A stretch of 64,000 nt of DNA from an uncultured Clostridia bacterium (GTDB lineage Bacteria; Bacillota; Clostridia; TANB77; CAG-508). How positions within the stretch are numbered: the first letter of the stretch is position 1; each line of letters opens with the position of its first letter. The notes beneath the pieces are model-generated. The model had not been told where the DNA came from. It saw only the letters and a program-made list of their open reading frames with translations, and ran no database searches. Positions 36,449 through 45,324 of the stretch are shown in pieces. A program made the translations under genes and the position numbers. The stretch is taken from positions 73,342-137,341 of the forward strand of contig CAKPHG010000001.1 of NCBI GenBank assembly GCA_934157035.1. The letters run 5' to 3'.

Positions 36449-37369
36449 TTACCTTTTAGACGTTTTTTTCTTTCTGTTTTGTTGGTTTTTTATACTAATA
36501 ATTGTGAAAAATATTGTAAAAAATAAAAATATGCTTGTTAGTCCATATAAAATTATTTCTCTTGGCACTATTCTATTTTCTACTAATTCAGTACTTATTA
36601 TGGTTTGCTCTCCCTGTTTCACTTCTTGTTCATCTTTTTCTATTTTTGTTTCTTCTTGCTTTAAATTATTTTTTATACTAACTTGTTCAGTTTCATCATT
36701 ATTTTTACTTTCTTCTTTAATATTATTATTTTGAGTAACATTCTCTTTTTCCACTTGTTCTGCTTTTTCAGTATTATTTATAGTTGCCTTTTTAATTTGT
36801 TTTTTATTTAATATACATGTAATTGTTCCTATAATAAACATTGATAAATTACCAATTAACAATTTTAGCGAATGTAAAGATTTATAATACTTCCATTGTA
36901 CTGTCCCCATAGGCATTTTTAATAATTTTGCAATTTCTTTAAATGAATATCCCTCTTCTATTTTTAGAAATATAATTTGTTTTTCAACTTGCTCTAAGCT
37001 TTCTAATAAATTCTGGTATGAACTATTTTGAATTACAGCTTCTATTTCATTTTTTTCGTTTTCTAGTCTATTTTCTATTGAACTAATTTCTTTGTTTTTT
37101 CTAATAAATGATATACATTCATTTTTTGTAACTGTATATATCCAACTTGCTTCATAATTTTTAGGTAATTTTTCTTGTTCTAAATTACCAATTTTAACAA
37201 ATACATTTTGTGCTATATCCTCTGCATTTTCGTAATTTTTCAAAATAGAAAATGCAATATTATATACCAAATTATAATATTTTTTATACAATTCTTCGTA
37301 CGCTTTTGAATCTGTTTGTCTCATCTTTCCAAATAATTCATGTAATTCTTTTTCATCTATTTTTTTCAT
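36449..37369 (-). CDS. Sigma-70 (ECF-type) family sigma factor fused to two transmembrane segments and a low-complexity Lys/Glu-rich linker (membrane-tethered sigma factor)
   Basis: Region 2 (YEELYKKYYNLVYNIAFSILKNYENAEDIAQNVFVKI). Region 4 HTH (LKIEEGYSFKEIAKLLKMPMGTVQWKYYKSLHSL). Then TM LLIGNLSMFIIGTITCIL, a ~110-aa E/K/N-rich spacer, and TM IILYGLTSIFLFFTIFFTIISI. Confidence 0.6.
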   Translation of the reverse strand: MKKIDEKELHELFGKMRQTDSKAYEELYKKYYNLVYNIAFSILKNYENAEDIAQNVFVKIGNLEQEKLPKNYEASWIYTVTKNECISFIRKNKEISSIENRLENEKNEIEAVIQNSSYQNLLESLEQVEKQIIFLKIEEGYSFKEIAKLLKMPMGTVQWKYYKSLHSLKLLIGNLSMFIIGTITCILNKKQIKKATINNTEKAEQVEKENVTQNNNIKEESKNNDETEQVSIKNNLKQEETKIEKDEQEVKQGEQTIISTELVENRIVPREIILYGLTSIFLFFTIFFTIISIKNQQNRKKKTSKR

Positions 37370-37397
37370 TTATTAACTCCACTTAACTTACGTTTTA

Positions 37398-38132
37398 TTA
37401 TATGGTAATTAGTTTGCCATTTTTCTTTAAATACTTATCTATTTGTTTGTAATTTGGAATATATTTTTCTACTAATTCATAAAAATTTTTGCTATGATTT
37501 GGATGAACAATATGGCATAGTTCATGCACAATTACTGCATCTATAGCCTCATTTGGAAGCATTGCTAATCTACTACTAAAATGAAGTGCCTTTTTAGATG
37601 GTACACAACTTCCATATCTTGTTTTTGCATCTTTTACATTAACACTTGTATAGTTAATTTTTGTTATATTACTCCAATATGGTAGTCTTTTTTGTATAAT
37701 TGCTTCTGTATTGTTTTTAAATAATTTTCTTATTACATTTAAAATATACTTTTCCTCTTCTTTTGTTTCTTTTATTGAAAGAGGAAGTTGTATTTCAAAT
37801 ATTTTTGATTCTTCATTTATATTTATTCTTACACTATTTTTTTCATCATAATTCTTATTTATGCTATATTCTTCGCCCTTATATAAAATAGTAGCACCAT
37901 TTTTCCACCTTACATTATTTAGACGTTTTTTCTCTTCAATTTTTTTGTATTCTTCATAAATTTTTTCTTCATTATTTTTAATTAATTTATCTACTTCTCT
38001 TTTAGGTACATAAGGTGATTTTGTTACTTTTAATATTCCTCCTTTAAAATATAGTTTTATACTTTTAGATTTTTTATAATTTTGTACATTAAGTGGAATC
38101 TCTGCATCTTTTATTTTTAATATATAATTCAT
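37398..38132 (-). CDS. M48/YgjP-family (DUF45) metal-dependent hydrolase (start at internal Met; track ORF extends to 38180)
   Basis: HExxH motif VIVHELCHIVHPNHSKNFYELV. Typical YgjP length. Confidence 0.7.
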   Translation of the reverse strand: MNYILKIKDAEIPLNVQNYKKSKSIKLYFKGGILKVTKSPYVPKREVDKLIKNNEEKIYEEYKKIEEKKRLNNVRWKNGATILYKGEEYSINKNYDEKNSVRININEESKIFEIQLPLSIKETKEEEKYILNVIRKLFKNNTEAIIQKRLPYWSNITKINYTSVNVKDAKTRYGSCVPSKKALHFSSRLAMLPNEAIDAVIVHELCHIVHPNHSKNFYELVEKYIPNYKQIDKYLKKNGKLITI

Positions 38133-38229
38133 TTTCTTCTCTTCCTTATTTAAAATATAAATGTAGATTTTTGCATACATTATTTCAAAAATAAAACTTT
38201 ATATGCTAAAAATCTACATCTGATATATT

Positions 38230-39123
38230 TTATTTGCTTAAATTAATTAATATTTCATCTACTATTTTGTCTTCTAAAACAAAATCAGTATTTACAAAAC
38301 CAATTTCTGGTCTAAGTCCATCTTTGTTATGAAAATCAGACCCTATTGTTACAAACAAATTATTTTCCTTTGCAAATTTATTCCATTTTTCTACTTCATT
38401 AATTTTATTGTCATATCTGTCTACATATAAATAATTTGCTTCTAATCCGTCTGGTTTCATATCTTTTATTATTTCTAAAATATCTTTATCTGTTAAATTA
38501 TCTTCATAAATATATGCTACAGGATGTGCTAATACAACTTTTCCATTAGCTTCTCTTATAATTTGTGCAGCTTCTTTTGGTGTTACTGATTCTTTTTTTA
38601 CGTATGCAGGACAATTTTCATTCATAATTGTTTCTATAAATTCGCCTTTGCTTGGAATATGATTAAATGTTTTTAATAATAATTCTTTATTTTTTTCATT
38701 ATTTATAACATCTAGTGCAATATGAGCCTTTGTTACAGCATCTATTTTGTCTAATTCTTCTACATTTAGAATATAACCTAACTCATTTAATTTTTTCCCA
38801 ACGTTATACAAATAATCATGTCTTGCATTTCTTATTTTATATAATCTTTCTTGGAATTTCTTATCATCTAAATCAAAATTATATCCCAACACATGAATTC
38901 CTGCTTTTTTACTTTTAGTTGATATTTCTACTGCATTAATTAATTTTACATTTTTACTTGTTGCATAATTAAATAGTTCTTCATTATATGCTTCTATTGT
39001 ATCATGGTCTGCAATAGCGATTGCATAAACTCCATTTTTATTTGCCTCGTCTATTACTTCTTTTGGTGTTAAAAATCCATCTGACATTGTTGTATGAATA
39101 TGTAAATCTATTTTTTTTGACAT
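38230..39123 (-). CDS. PHP-domain metal-dependent phosphoesterase (start at the Met with SD AAGAGGA; track ORF extends to 39210)
   Basis: IDLHIHTTMSDG. AIADHD. PHP histidine/aspartate ligands throughout. Confidence 0.75.
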   Translation of the reverse strand: MSKKIDLHIHTTMSDGFLTPKEVIDEANKNGVYAIAIADHDTIEAYNEELFNYATSKNVKLINAVEISTKSKKAGIHVLGYNFDLDDKKFQERLYKIRNARHDYLYNVGKKLNELGYILNVEELDKIDAVTKAHIALDVINNEKNKELLLKTFNHIPSKGEFIETIMNENCPAYVKKESVTPKEAAQIIREANGKVVLAHPVAYIYEDNLTDKDILEIIKDMKPDGLEANYLYVDRYDNKINEVEKWNKFAKENNLFVTIGSDFHNKDGLRPEIGFVNTDFVLEDKIVDEILINLSK

Positions 39124-39235
39124 ATATTTTCCTCTTTTCATAACAAAATTATTATACAATAAAACTTGATAACTTGTCAAAAGATTAACAACTAAATAAC
39201 TTTTTAACACATAAAAAAGGAGTGTTTAACTCCTT

Positions 39236-40549
39236 TTATGCTGTTTCTATTTTTTTGTTTGTATTTTTTCTTTGTGGCTTTTCTGCACTTTTGTTAACTT
39301 CTTTTTTCTCATTTATAATAAGTTTTGGTGCTTTCTTTTCTAATACTGTTTCTTTTGTTATTATGCATTTTTCTATTTTAGGGTTTGATGGTATATCAAA
39401 CATAATATCTCTCATAATTTCTTCTATTATAGAACGAAGTCCCCTTGCACCTGTTTTTCTTTCTATTGCTTTATCTACAATAACTTCTAAAGCTTCTTTT
39501 TCAAATTCTAGCTCTACATTATCTAATTCTAATAATTTTTGATATTGTTTTACTAGTGCATTTTTGGGTTTTGTAACTATATCTATTAAAGCTTCTCTGT
39601 CTAACTCTCTTAGAGTTGCAACTATTGGAAGTCTTCCTACAAATTCTGGTATTAGACCAAACTTTAATAAATCTTGTGGTAATAGTTGTTCATATATTTT
39701 ATATTTATCTATTTCTTTTTGACTTTGAACATTTGCTCCAAATCCTATTGCTTTTTTGCCTGTACGTTCATTTATAATTTTATCTAATCCTTCAAATGCT
39801 CCTCCACAAATAAATAGTATATTTTCTGTATTTATTTGTAAAAGCTCTTGATGTGGATGTTTTCTTCCTCCTTGTGGTGGAACAGATGCTATTGTTCCTT
39901 CTACTATTTTAAGTAATGCTTGTTGTACACCTTCACCACTTACATCTCTAGTTATAGATGGATTTTCTGACTTTCTTGTTATTTTGTCTATTTCATCTAT
40001 ATATACTATTCCTTTTTCTGCTTTTTCTATATCATAGTCTGCATTTTGAATTAGTTTTAATAAAATGTTTTCTACATCTTCACCAACATAACCTGCTTCT
40101 GTTAATGTTGTAGCATCTGCTATTGCAAATGGCACCTTTAATATTCTTGCAAGTGTTTGTGCAAGAAGTGTTTTACCACAACCTGTTGGTCCTAACAATA
40201 AAACATTACTTTTTTGAATTTCTACATCATCATCATTTTTTTGTGCATTGTATATACGTTTATAATGATTGTATACTGCAACAGCTAATGTTTTTTTAGC
40301 ATCTTCTTGACCTATTACGTAGCTATCTAAAACTTTCTTTATTTCTACTGGAGTTGGTAATTTGTCTTTTCCATTATTTAATGTATAATTAAATTCATTT
40401 TCCTCAAAAGAATCATCTTCTAAAATATTAGAACATACTTTTATACACTCATCACAAATAAATACGCCAGGTCCTGCAATTATTCTTTCTACTGCATCTT
40501 GTGATTTTCCACAAAATGAACACTTTATGTTTTTTTCACTTTTAGCCAT
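39236..40549 (-). CDS. clpX: ATP-dependent Clp protease ATP-binding subunit ClpX
   Basis: N-terminal Zn finger CSFCGK...CDEC. Walker [17 protein letters not shown]. Sensor motifs. Confidence 0.95.
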   Translation of the reverse strand: MAKSEKNIKCSFCGKSQDAVERIIAGPGVFICDECIKVCSNILEDDSFEENEFNYTLNNGKDKLPTPVEIKKVLDSYVIGQEDAKKTLAVAVYNHYKRIYNAQKNDDDVEIQKSNVLLLGPTGCGKTLLAQTLARILKVPFAIADATTLTEAGYVGEDVENILLKLIQNADYDIEKAEKGIVYIDEIDKITRKSENPSITRDVSGEGVQQALLKIVEGTIASVPPQGGRKHPHQELLQINTENILFICGGAFEGLDKIINERTGKKAIGFGANVQSQKEIDKYKIYEQLLPQDLLKFGLIPEFVGRLPIVATLRELDREALIDIVTKPKNALVKQYQKLLELDNVELEFEKEALEVIVDKAIERKTGARGLRSIIEEIMRDIMFDIPSNPKIEKCIITKETVLEKKAPKLIINEKKEVNKSAEKPQRKNTNKKIETA

Positions 40550-40566
40550 TTTATTCTCCCTTTATA

Positions 40567-41172
40567 TTAACTTCTTTTTTCCATAATTCCATCTATTAAG
40601 CCATATTTTAATGCTTCTTCTGCAGTCATGTAATTGTCTCTTTCTGTATCTTTTTCGATTGTTTCTAAAGATTGACCTGTTCTTGCACTTAAAAATTTAT
40701 TTAATTTTTCTCTTGTTTTTATCATGTGGTCTGCATGAATTTTTATTTCAGTTGTTTGTCCTGAAATTCCATTTCCACCTATTAATGGTTGGTGAATTAA
40801 TATTTCTGCATTTGGTGTAGCAAATCTTCTACCTTTTTCTCCTGCTGCTAATAGTACTGCTCCCATACTTGCAGCCATACCAATACATATTGTAGATACT
40901 GGACATTTAATATAATTCATTGTATCTACAATTCCCATTCCGTCTGAAATTGAACCTCCTGGGCTATTTATATATAAAGATATTTCTTTATCTGGATCTT
41001 CTGATTCTAAGAATAATAATTGAGCAATTACTAAACTTGCTGATGTTGGATTAACATCCTCTCCTAAAAATATAATTCTATCTTTTAATAATCTTGAATA
41101 GATGTCGTATGATCTTTCTCCTTTTGCTGTTTGTTCAATAACATATGGTACCAAACTATTTCTTTCGTTCAT
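40567..41172 (-). CDS. clpP: ATP-dependent Clp protease proteolytic subunit ClpP
   Basis: Catalytic triad context [19 protein letters not shown] AAAGGAGGAAtttttaaATG. Confidence 0.95.
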   Translation of the reverse strand: MNERNSLVPYVIEQTAKGERSYDIYSRLLKDRIIFLGEDVNPTSASLVIAQLLFLESEDPDKEISLYINSPGGSISDGMGIVDTMNYIKCPVSTICIGMAASMGAVLLAAGEKGRRFATPNAEILIHQPLIGGNGISGQTTEIKIHADHMIKTREKLNKFLSARTGQSLETIEKDTERDNYMTAEEALKYGLIDGIMEKRS

Positions 41173-41196
41173 TTAAAAATTCCTCCTTTAATTTTT

Positions 41197-41230
41197 GTAA
41201 ACTAAATAGCCCCGTCCCTAATAGTTTACA
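41197..41230. repeat. Second copy of the GC-rich hairpin element seen at 4120..4192 (30/31 nt identical to its right arm), located between tig and the clpP SD
   Basis: tgtaaactaaatagccccgtccctaatagtttaca versus 4161..4192 taaactaaattgccccgtccctaatagtttaa. Confidence 0.65.
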
Positions 41231-41311
41231 AGAAAATAGTAGAAAAAGCTAGTGGCAAACTTTACTTATTTTAAAAATAATTTTACCCCTAACTTTCCTC
41301 CATTTATTTTT

Positions 41312-42595
41312 TTATTTTATTTTTGCGTTATCTACTATGAAACTAATTGCTTTTTCTGTTTTTACAGATTCTGCAATGTATGCTTTTAAGCTTTCATTTG
41401 CTTCTAAGTCTTTTGCATCTTTTCCATACATAGTAGCCATTTCTTCTAATTTTGCTTTTACTTCTTCATCTGTTGCTTCTATTTTCTCTGCTTCAACTAT
41501 TGCTCCTAATACAAGTTTTGTTTTTACTTGTCTTTCAGCTTGTTCTTTCATTTCTTTTCTCATATCTTCTTCTGTTTTACCCATCATTTGAAGATATTGT
41601 GCAAAATTTAATCCTTGATACATTAATCTTTGTTCAATGTCTTTTATCATATTGTCTGTTTCTGTTTCAACCATTCCTGATGGAATATCAATTTCAGTAT
41701 TATCGCATACAGTTTTTATAGCTTCTTCTTCTGTCTCATATTTTGCTTTGTTTTTATTTTCTTCTTCTAATTTTTCTTTTATAGAAGCTTTTAATTCTTT
41801 GATTGTATCGAATTCGCTAACATCTTTTGCAAATTCATCATCAACCACTGGTAATTCTTTTTTCTTTATTTCATGTAATTTTACTTTAAATACTGCAGCT
41901 TTTCCAGCTAAGTCTTTAGAAAAATATTCTTCTGGGAATGTTACATTTATATCTTTTTCTTCTCCTATTTTCATTCCAATAATTTGATCTTCAAATCCTG
42001 GAATAAATGTATTGCTTCCTATTACTAATTCATGGTTTTCTGCTTTTCCACCTTCAAATGCAACACCATCTACAAAACCTTCGAAATCGATAACTGTTGT
42101 ATCATTTTTTTCAACTGGTCTATCTTCAACATTTACAAGTCTTGCATTTCTTTCTTGCATATGTCCTATTTCGTGGTCTATGTCTTTTTCTTCTACATTA
42201 TACTCTACTTTTTTAAGTTCTATACCTTTATATTTTCCTAATGTTACTTCTGGTTTAGTTTGTACTACTGCTGTGAAAATTAAATCTTTTCCTTTTTCCA
42301 TTTGGATAATATCTATTTCAGGTCTGCTTACTGCTTCTATTTTAGCATCTGTTAATTCTTTTTCATAAACTTCTCCTGCTACTTCATTAAAAGCATCTTC
42401 ATAGAAAATTTGTGCTCCATATTGTTTTTCAACTATTTTATATGGTGCTTTTCCTTTTCTAAATCCTGGAATATTAAAATATTTTGCACTTTTTACATAT
42501 ACTTTTTGTATTGCTTCTTCAAATTTAGAAGCTTCGATTGTAAAACTTAATTTTACTTCATTTTTTTTGTCTGTTTTTTCTACTTTCATACTCAT
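41312..42595 (-). CDS. tig: Trigger factor
   Basis: MSMKVEKTDKK...FNIPGFRKGKAP (ribosome-binding signature GFRxGxxP). PPIase and C-terminal domains. Track ORF starts 12 nt further upstream. Confidence 0.9.
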   Translation of the reverse strand: MSMKVEKTDKKNEVKLSFTIEASKFEEAIQKVYVKSAKYFNIPGFRKGKAPYKIVEKQYGAQIFYEDAFNEVAGEVYEKELTDAKIEAVSRPEIDIIQMEKGKDLIFTAVVQTKPEVTLGKYKGIELKKVEYNVEEKDIDHEIGHMQERNARLVNVEDRPVEKNDTTVIDFEGFVDGVAFEGGKAENHELVIGSNTFIPGFEDQIIGMKIGEEKDINVTFPEEYFSKDLAGKAAVFKVKLHEIKKKELPVVDDEFAKDVSEFDTIKELKASIKEKLEEENKNKAKYETEEEAIKTVCDNTEIDIPSGMVETETDNMIKDIEQRLMYQGLNFAQYLQMMGKTEEDMRKEMKEQAERQVKTKLVLGAIVEAEKIEATDEEVKAKLEEMATMYGKDAKDLEANESLKAYIAESVKTEKAISFIVDNAKIK

Positions 42596-42705
42596 TATTT
42601 TATTCATCCTTTCACGCTACTTTGATAATTAGCTAATTTATTATACCACATTTTTTTCATATTGCAAGTCCAATAATATAATTTTTCTTGCTTTAATATC
42701 TAATT

Positions 42706-44868
42706 TTATCTTTCCTCTCCTTCTCCTTCGTATCCTTGTCCCTCTTTATTTGCTTCGTTTAGCCATGTAAAATCTTTTCTACCTTTAGCTCTTTCTAATA
42801 TGTTTTCTAATTTTATATCTTTATTTCCCTCTTGTTGCAATTTATATTTTTGATATGTATCTAACATTCCAACTTCATATACATTTGTATTGGATAAATA
42901 TTTGCTTAAACTTGGTATTTTATCTTCTATATATTGTCTTAATTCTAATAAACTTAGTCTGTCACATACTTTATTATCTCTTGGTTTAATTTCAATTGTT
43001 CCTATTTTTCCTGATGTATTATATGTTTTATTTAAATATTTTGCTGTATTAAAAGATATATCTACCAATATTCCGTTTATTCTTATAGTATATAAATATC
43101 TTAAATTATTTACCTCTAACATAGGTCTAAGACTACTATTATAAATTCCCATATTTTTCAAAAAGTCTGTATATGTATATAAGTAACTATCTTCACCTAT
43201 TTGTTCTTCTTTTTTCCTTGTTGTATATCCACCTTCAGCCTCTTTTTTATACGTTTTATAGGTCACTCTTTTTGATTTAAAACTATATGTTTCTTCTTTT
43301 TGATGGAATGTAGTTCCTTTTCTTATCCTTAATGTTCTTTTACTATCTAATAATTCATAATTTATTGGATTATCATAATACATATCATTAGATAAATACT
43401 TAGCATTATCTACAATTTCATATTTTTTTTCTATTTCTTTTCTTAATTCTTTTAAATCTATATCTCTTCTAGTTAAAACATAACGAAGTTCAAATTCGTC
43501 TTTTGGTTTTGTAAGCGTACTAATTACTTCATCTACAACATCTTCATATTTTTCACTAAATTCTTTTTTAGATACTCCAAGTTCTAATCTAAGCATTTCT
43601 TTACTTATAGCTACTGTTCGTTTTGGAAACATGTCTAACTTAATTAAATTTTGCTCTAAGTCTTTGTAATCTTCAATTCCATTACATGTAATAACATTGA
43701 TATTTTCATGTTTATTTGATTTATATGGAGTTACATATCTTGTTTCTTCAATAATTCCTTTAGTTTGTTCAGATATTTCAGGAATAGCCTTATGTAACAA
43801 ATAACGAATATATTGTTCATTTTTATCTGTATTTAATTTTTGATATGTTTTAGTAAATTCGGCTATATCACATAATTCTCTTAACTTTTCATTTGTAGTA
43901 TTGTCTCTTATGCTTTCCAATGCTTTTTTCATTGGAGTTTCAACTATTTGCATATATTCCTCAGTTGTAAAATTCGCTTTACTATTAGTTAAGAACTTAT
44001 ATAATATAGGATTTATTGTATTTGGTAAATCATTTTTATTATTTCTTATTTCTTCTAATAAGAAATCTAAGATATGATCTCCTATTACAGATGGTTCGCA
44101 AAAGTATATTTCTTTATAATTTCTTGCTCTTTCTAATATAGCCATATCTAAAAAGTTTCTTTTTTCTTCTGGTATAGCAACTATTATTTTATCTACATCT
44201 AGAACAAATTCAAAACTTTCTATTAATTTATCTACTTCCGTTAGTATTTTATATCCTGCTTTCTTAGAATCTCTTACTAAATAATCCAATCTATCAGCAT
44301 CAATATTATTAGAAACGAATGAAGCTAGTAAATCTTTTAAACTTACCCTATTATTTTTTATTTTAATACTATGACTTTTATTTTCTTGTTTTTTATATTC
44401 ATATACATTTTCTAAGAAATCGCCTACTTTTTTAGCAAATTCTTCTCCATAATATTTTTTTAAGATTTGATGTATTTGGGTATTTTCATCTTCTACTATA
44501 TCTATACTTCTTTTTTCGTGAGAATATCCTGTAATTTTTTCCAAAGTATGAGAATATGCACCATGTCCAACATCATGAAGTAACATTGCAATTTTTGCAA
44601 TTTCCTTTTCATCTTCTCTTATCTTTATACCTTGCGAGTCCAATTTTCTTTCTATGTCGTCTATGATTTTGCAAATTAAATAATAAGCCCCTATACTATG
44701 GTCAAATCTAGTTTCATATTTCATATCTGGATATTTTAAATAAGATGTACCAGTTTGAATTATATCTTTTAATCTTTGAAAATCCTTTGATTCTACTAAT
44801 TCTTTGTACACTCCATCTAACTCAATATCTCCGTGTATTTCATCATTTATTACTAATTTTTCATTCAT
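42706..44868 (-). CDS. HD-domain dNTP triphosphohydrolase-like protein (SAMHD1/dGTPase family, aa 1..~420) fused to a C-terminal CYTH (CyaB/thiamine-triphosphatase-like) domain
   Basis: N-part motifs DEIHGDIEL..., FQRLKDIIQTG, RFDHSIGAYYL, LLHDVGHGAYSH, DADRLDYLVRDS. C-part: EFELRYVL (ExExK-like), YYDNP...RTLRIRKG, YSFKSKRVTYKTYKKE, IGTIEIKP (typical CYTH acidic/basic strands). Confidence 0.6.
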   Translation of the reverse strand: MNEKLVINDEIHGDIELDGVYKELVESKDFQRLKDIIQTGTSYLKYPDMKYETRFDHSIGAYYLICKIIDDIERKLDSQGIKIREDEKEIAKIAMLLHDVGHGAYSHTLEKITGYSHEKRSIDIVEDENTQIHQILKKYYGEEFAKKVGDFLENVYEYKKQENKSHSIKIKNNRVSLKDLLASFVSNNIDADRLDYLVRDSKKAGYKILTEVDKLIESFEFVLDVDKIIVAIPEEKRNFLDMAILERARNYKEIYFCEPSVIGDHILDFLLEEIRNNKNDLPNTINPILYKFLTNSKANFTTEEYMQIVETPMKKALESIRDNTTNEKLRELCDIAEFTKTYQKLNTDKNEQYIRYLLHKAIPEISEQTKGIIEETRYVTPYKSNKHENINVITCNGIEDYKDLEQNLIKLDMFPKRTVAISKEMLRLELGVSKKEFSEKYEDVVDEVISTLTKPKDEFELRYVLTRRDIDLKELRKEIEKKYEIVDNAKYLSNDMYYDNPINYELLDSKRTLRIRKGTTFHQKEETYSFKSKRVTYKTYKKEAEGGYTTRKKEEQIGEDSYLYTYTDFLKNMGIYNSSLRPMLEVNNLRYLYTIRINGILVDISFNTAKYLNKTYNTSGKIGTIEIKPRDNKVCDRLSLLELRQYIEDKIPSLSKYLSNTNVYEVGMLDTYQKYKLQQEGNKDIKLENILERAKGRKDFTWLNEANKEGQGYEGEGEER

Positions 44869-44891
44869 GTTTCAACATCCTTTTTTATTTT

Positions 44892-45323
44892 TTAAAATTT
44901 CTTTCTTAAAGAATAGTCTATTGTTCCTGGTGGGCAATCTTCAAATTCAGCATACACAAGAAATCCCATCTTTTCATAAAATCCTTTAGCTTGAAAACTC
45001 CAAGTTTCTACCCTTATTCCTAATGCATTATTTTCTTTTGCTATCTTTTCAATTTCATTTATAATTTTAGTTCCTATTCCATTTCGTCTATATTTCTCTT
45101 CTATCCATAATTCTTCTAAAAAATACCACTCATATCTAATAAATCCTATAGCGCCTCCTATTAATCTTTCTTTATCGTAAATTGCTATATTATATTTTTT
45201 TGTATTAGTGTGTCTTTCTGTAGAGTTCTTTTGAATATATTCACAATTCTTTTTATTGAATTGATGCAACTGTTTACCAATCTCTTCTTCAAAATTTTTA
45301 TCGTTATTTATTTTTAACTCCAT
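44892..45323 (-). CDS. GNAT-family N-acetyltransferase
   Basis: Motif A RRNGIGTKII...IAKENNALGIR. Typical ~140 aa. Confidence 0.75.
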   Translation of the reverse strand: MELKINNDKNFEEEIGKQLHQFNKKNCEYIQKNSTERHTNTKKYNIAIYDKERLIGGAIGFIRYEWYFLEELWIEEKYRRNGIGTKIINEIEKIAKENNALGIRVETWSFQAKGFYEKMGFLVYAEFEDCPPGTIDYSLRKKF

Positions 45324-45324
45324 T

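Noticed and set aside
41231-41311. CtsR operator (GGTCAAA direct repeat) expected upstream of clpP
   Set aside because: No GTCAAA heptads are present in the tig-clpP spacer. Only the GC-rich hairpin element is there.
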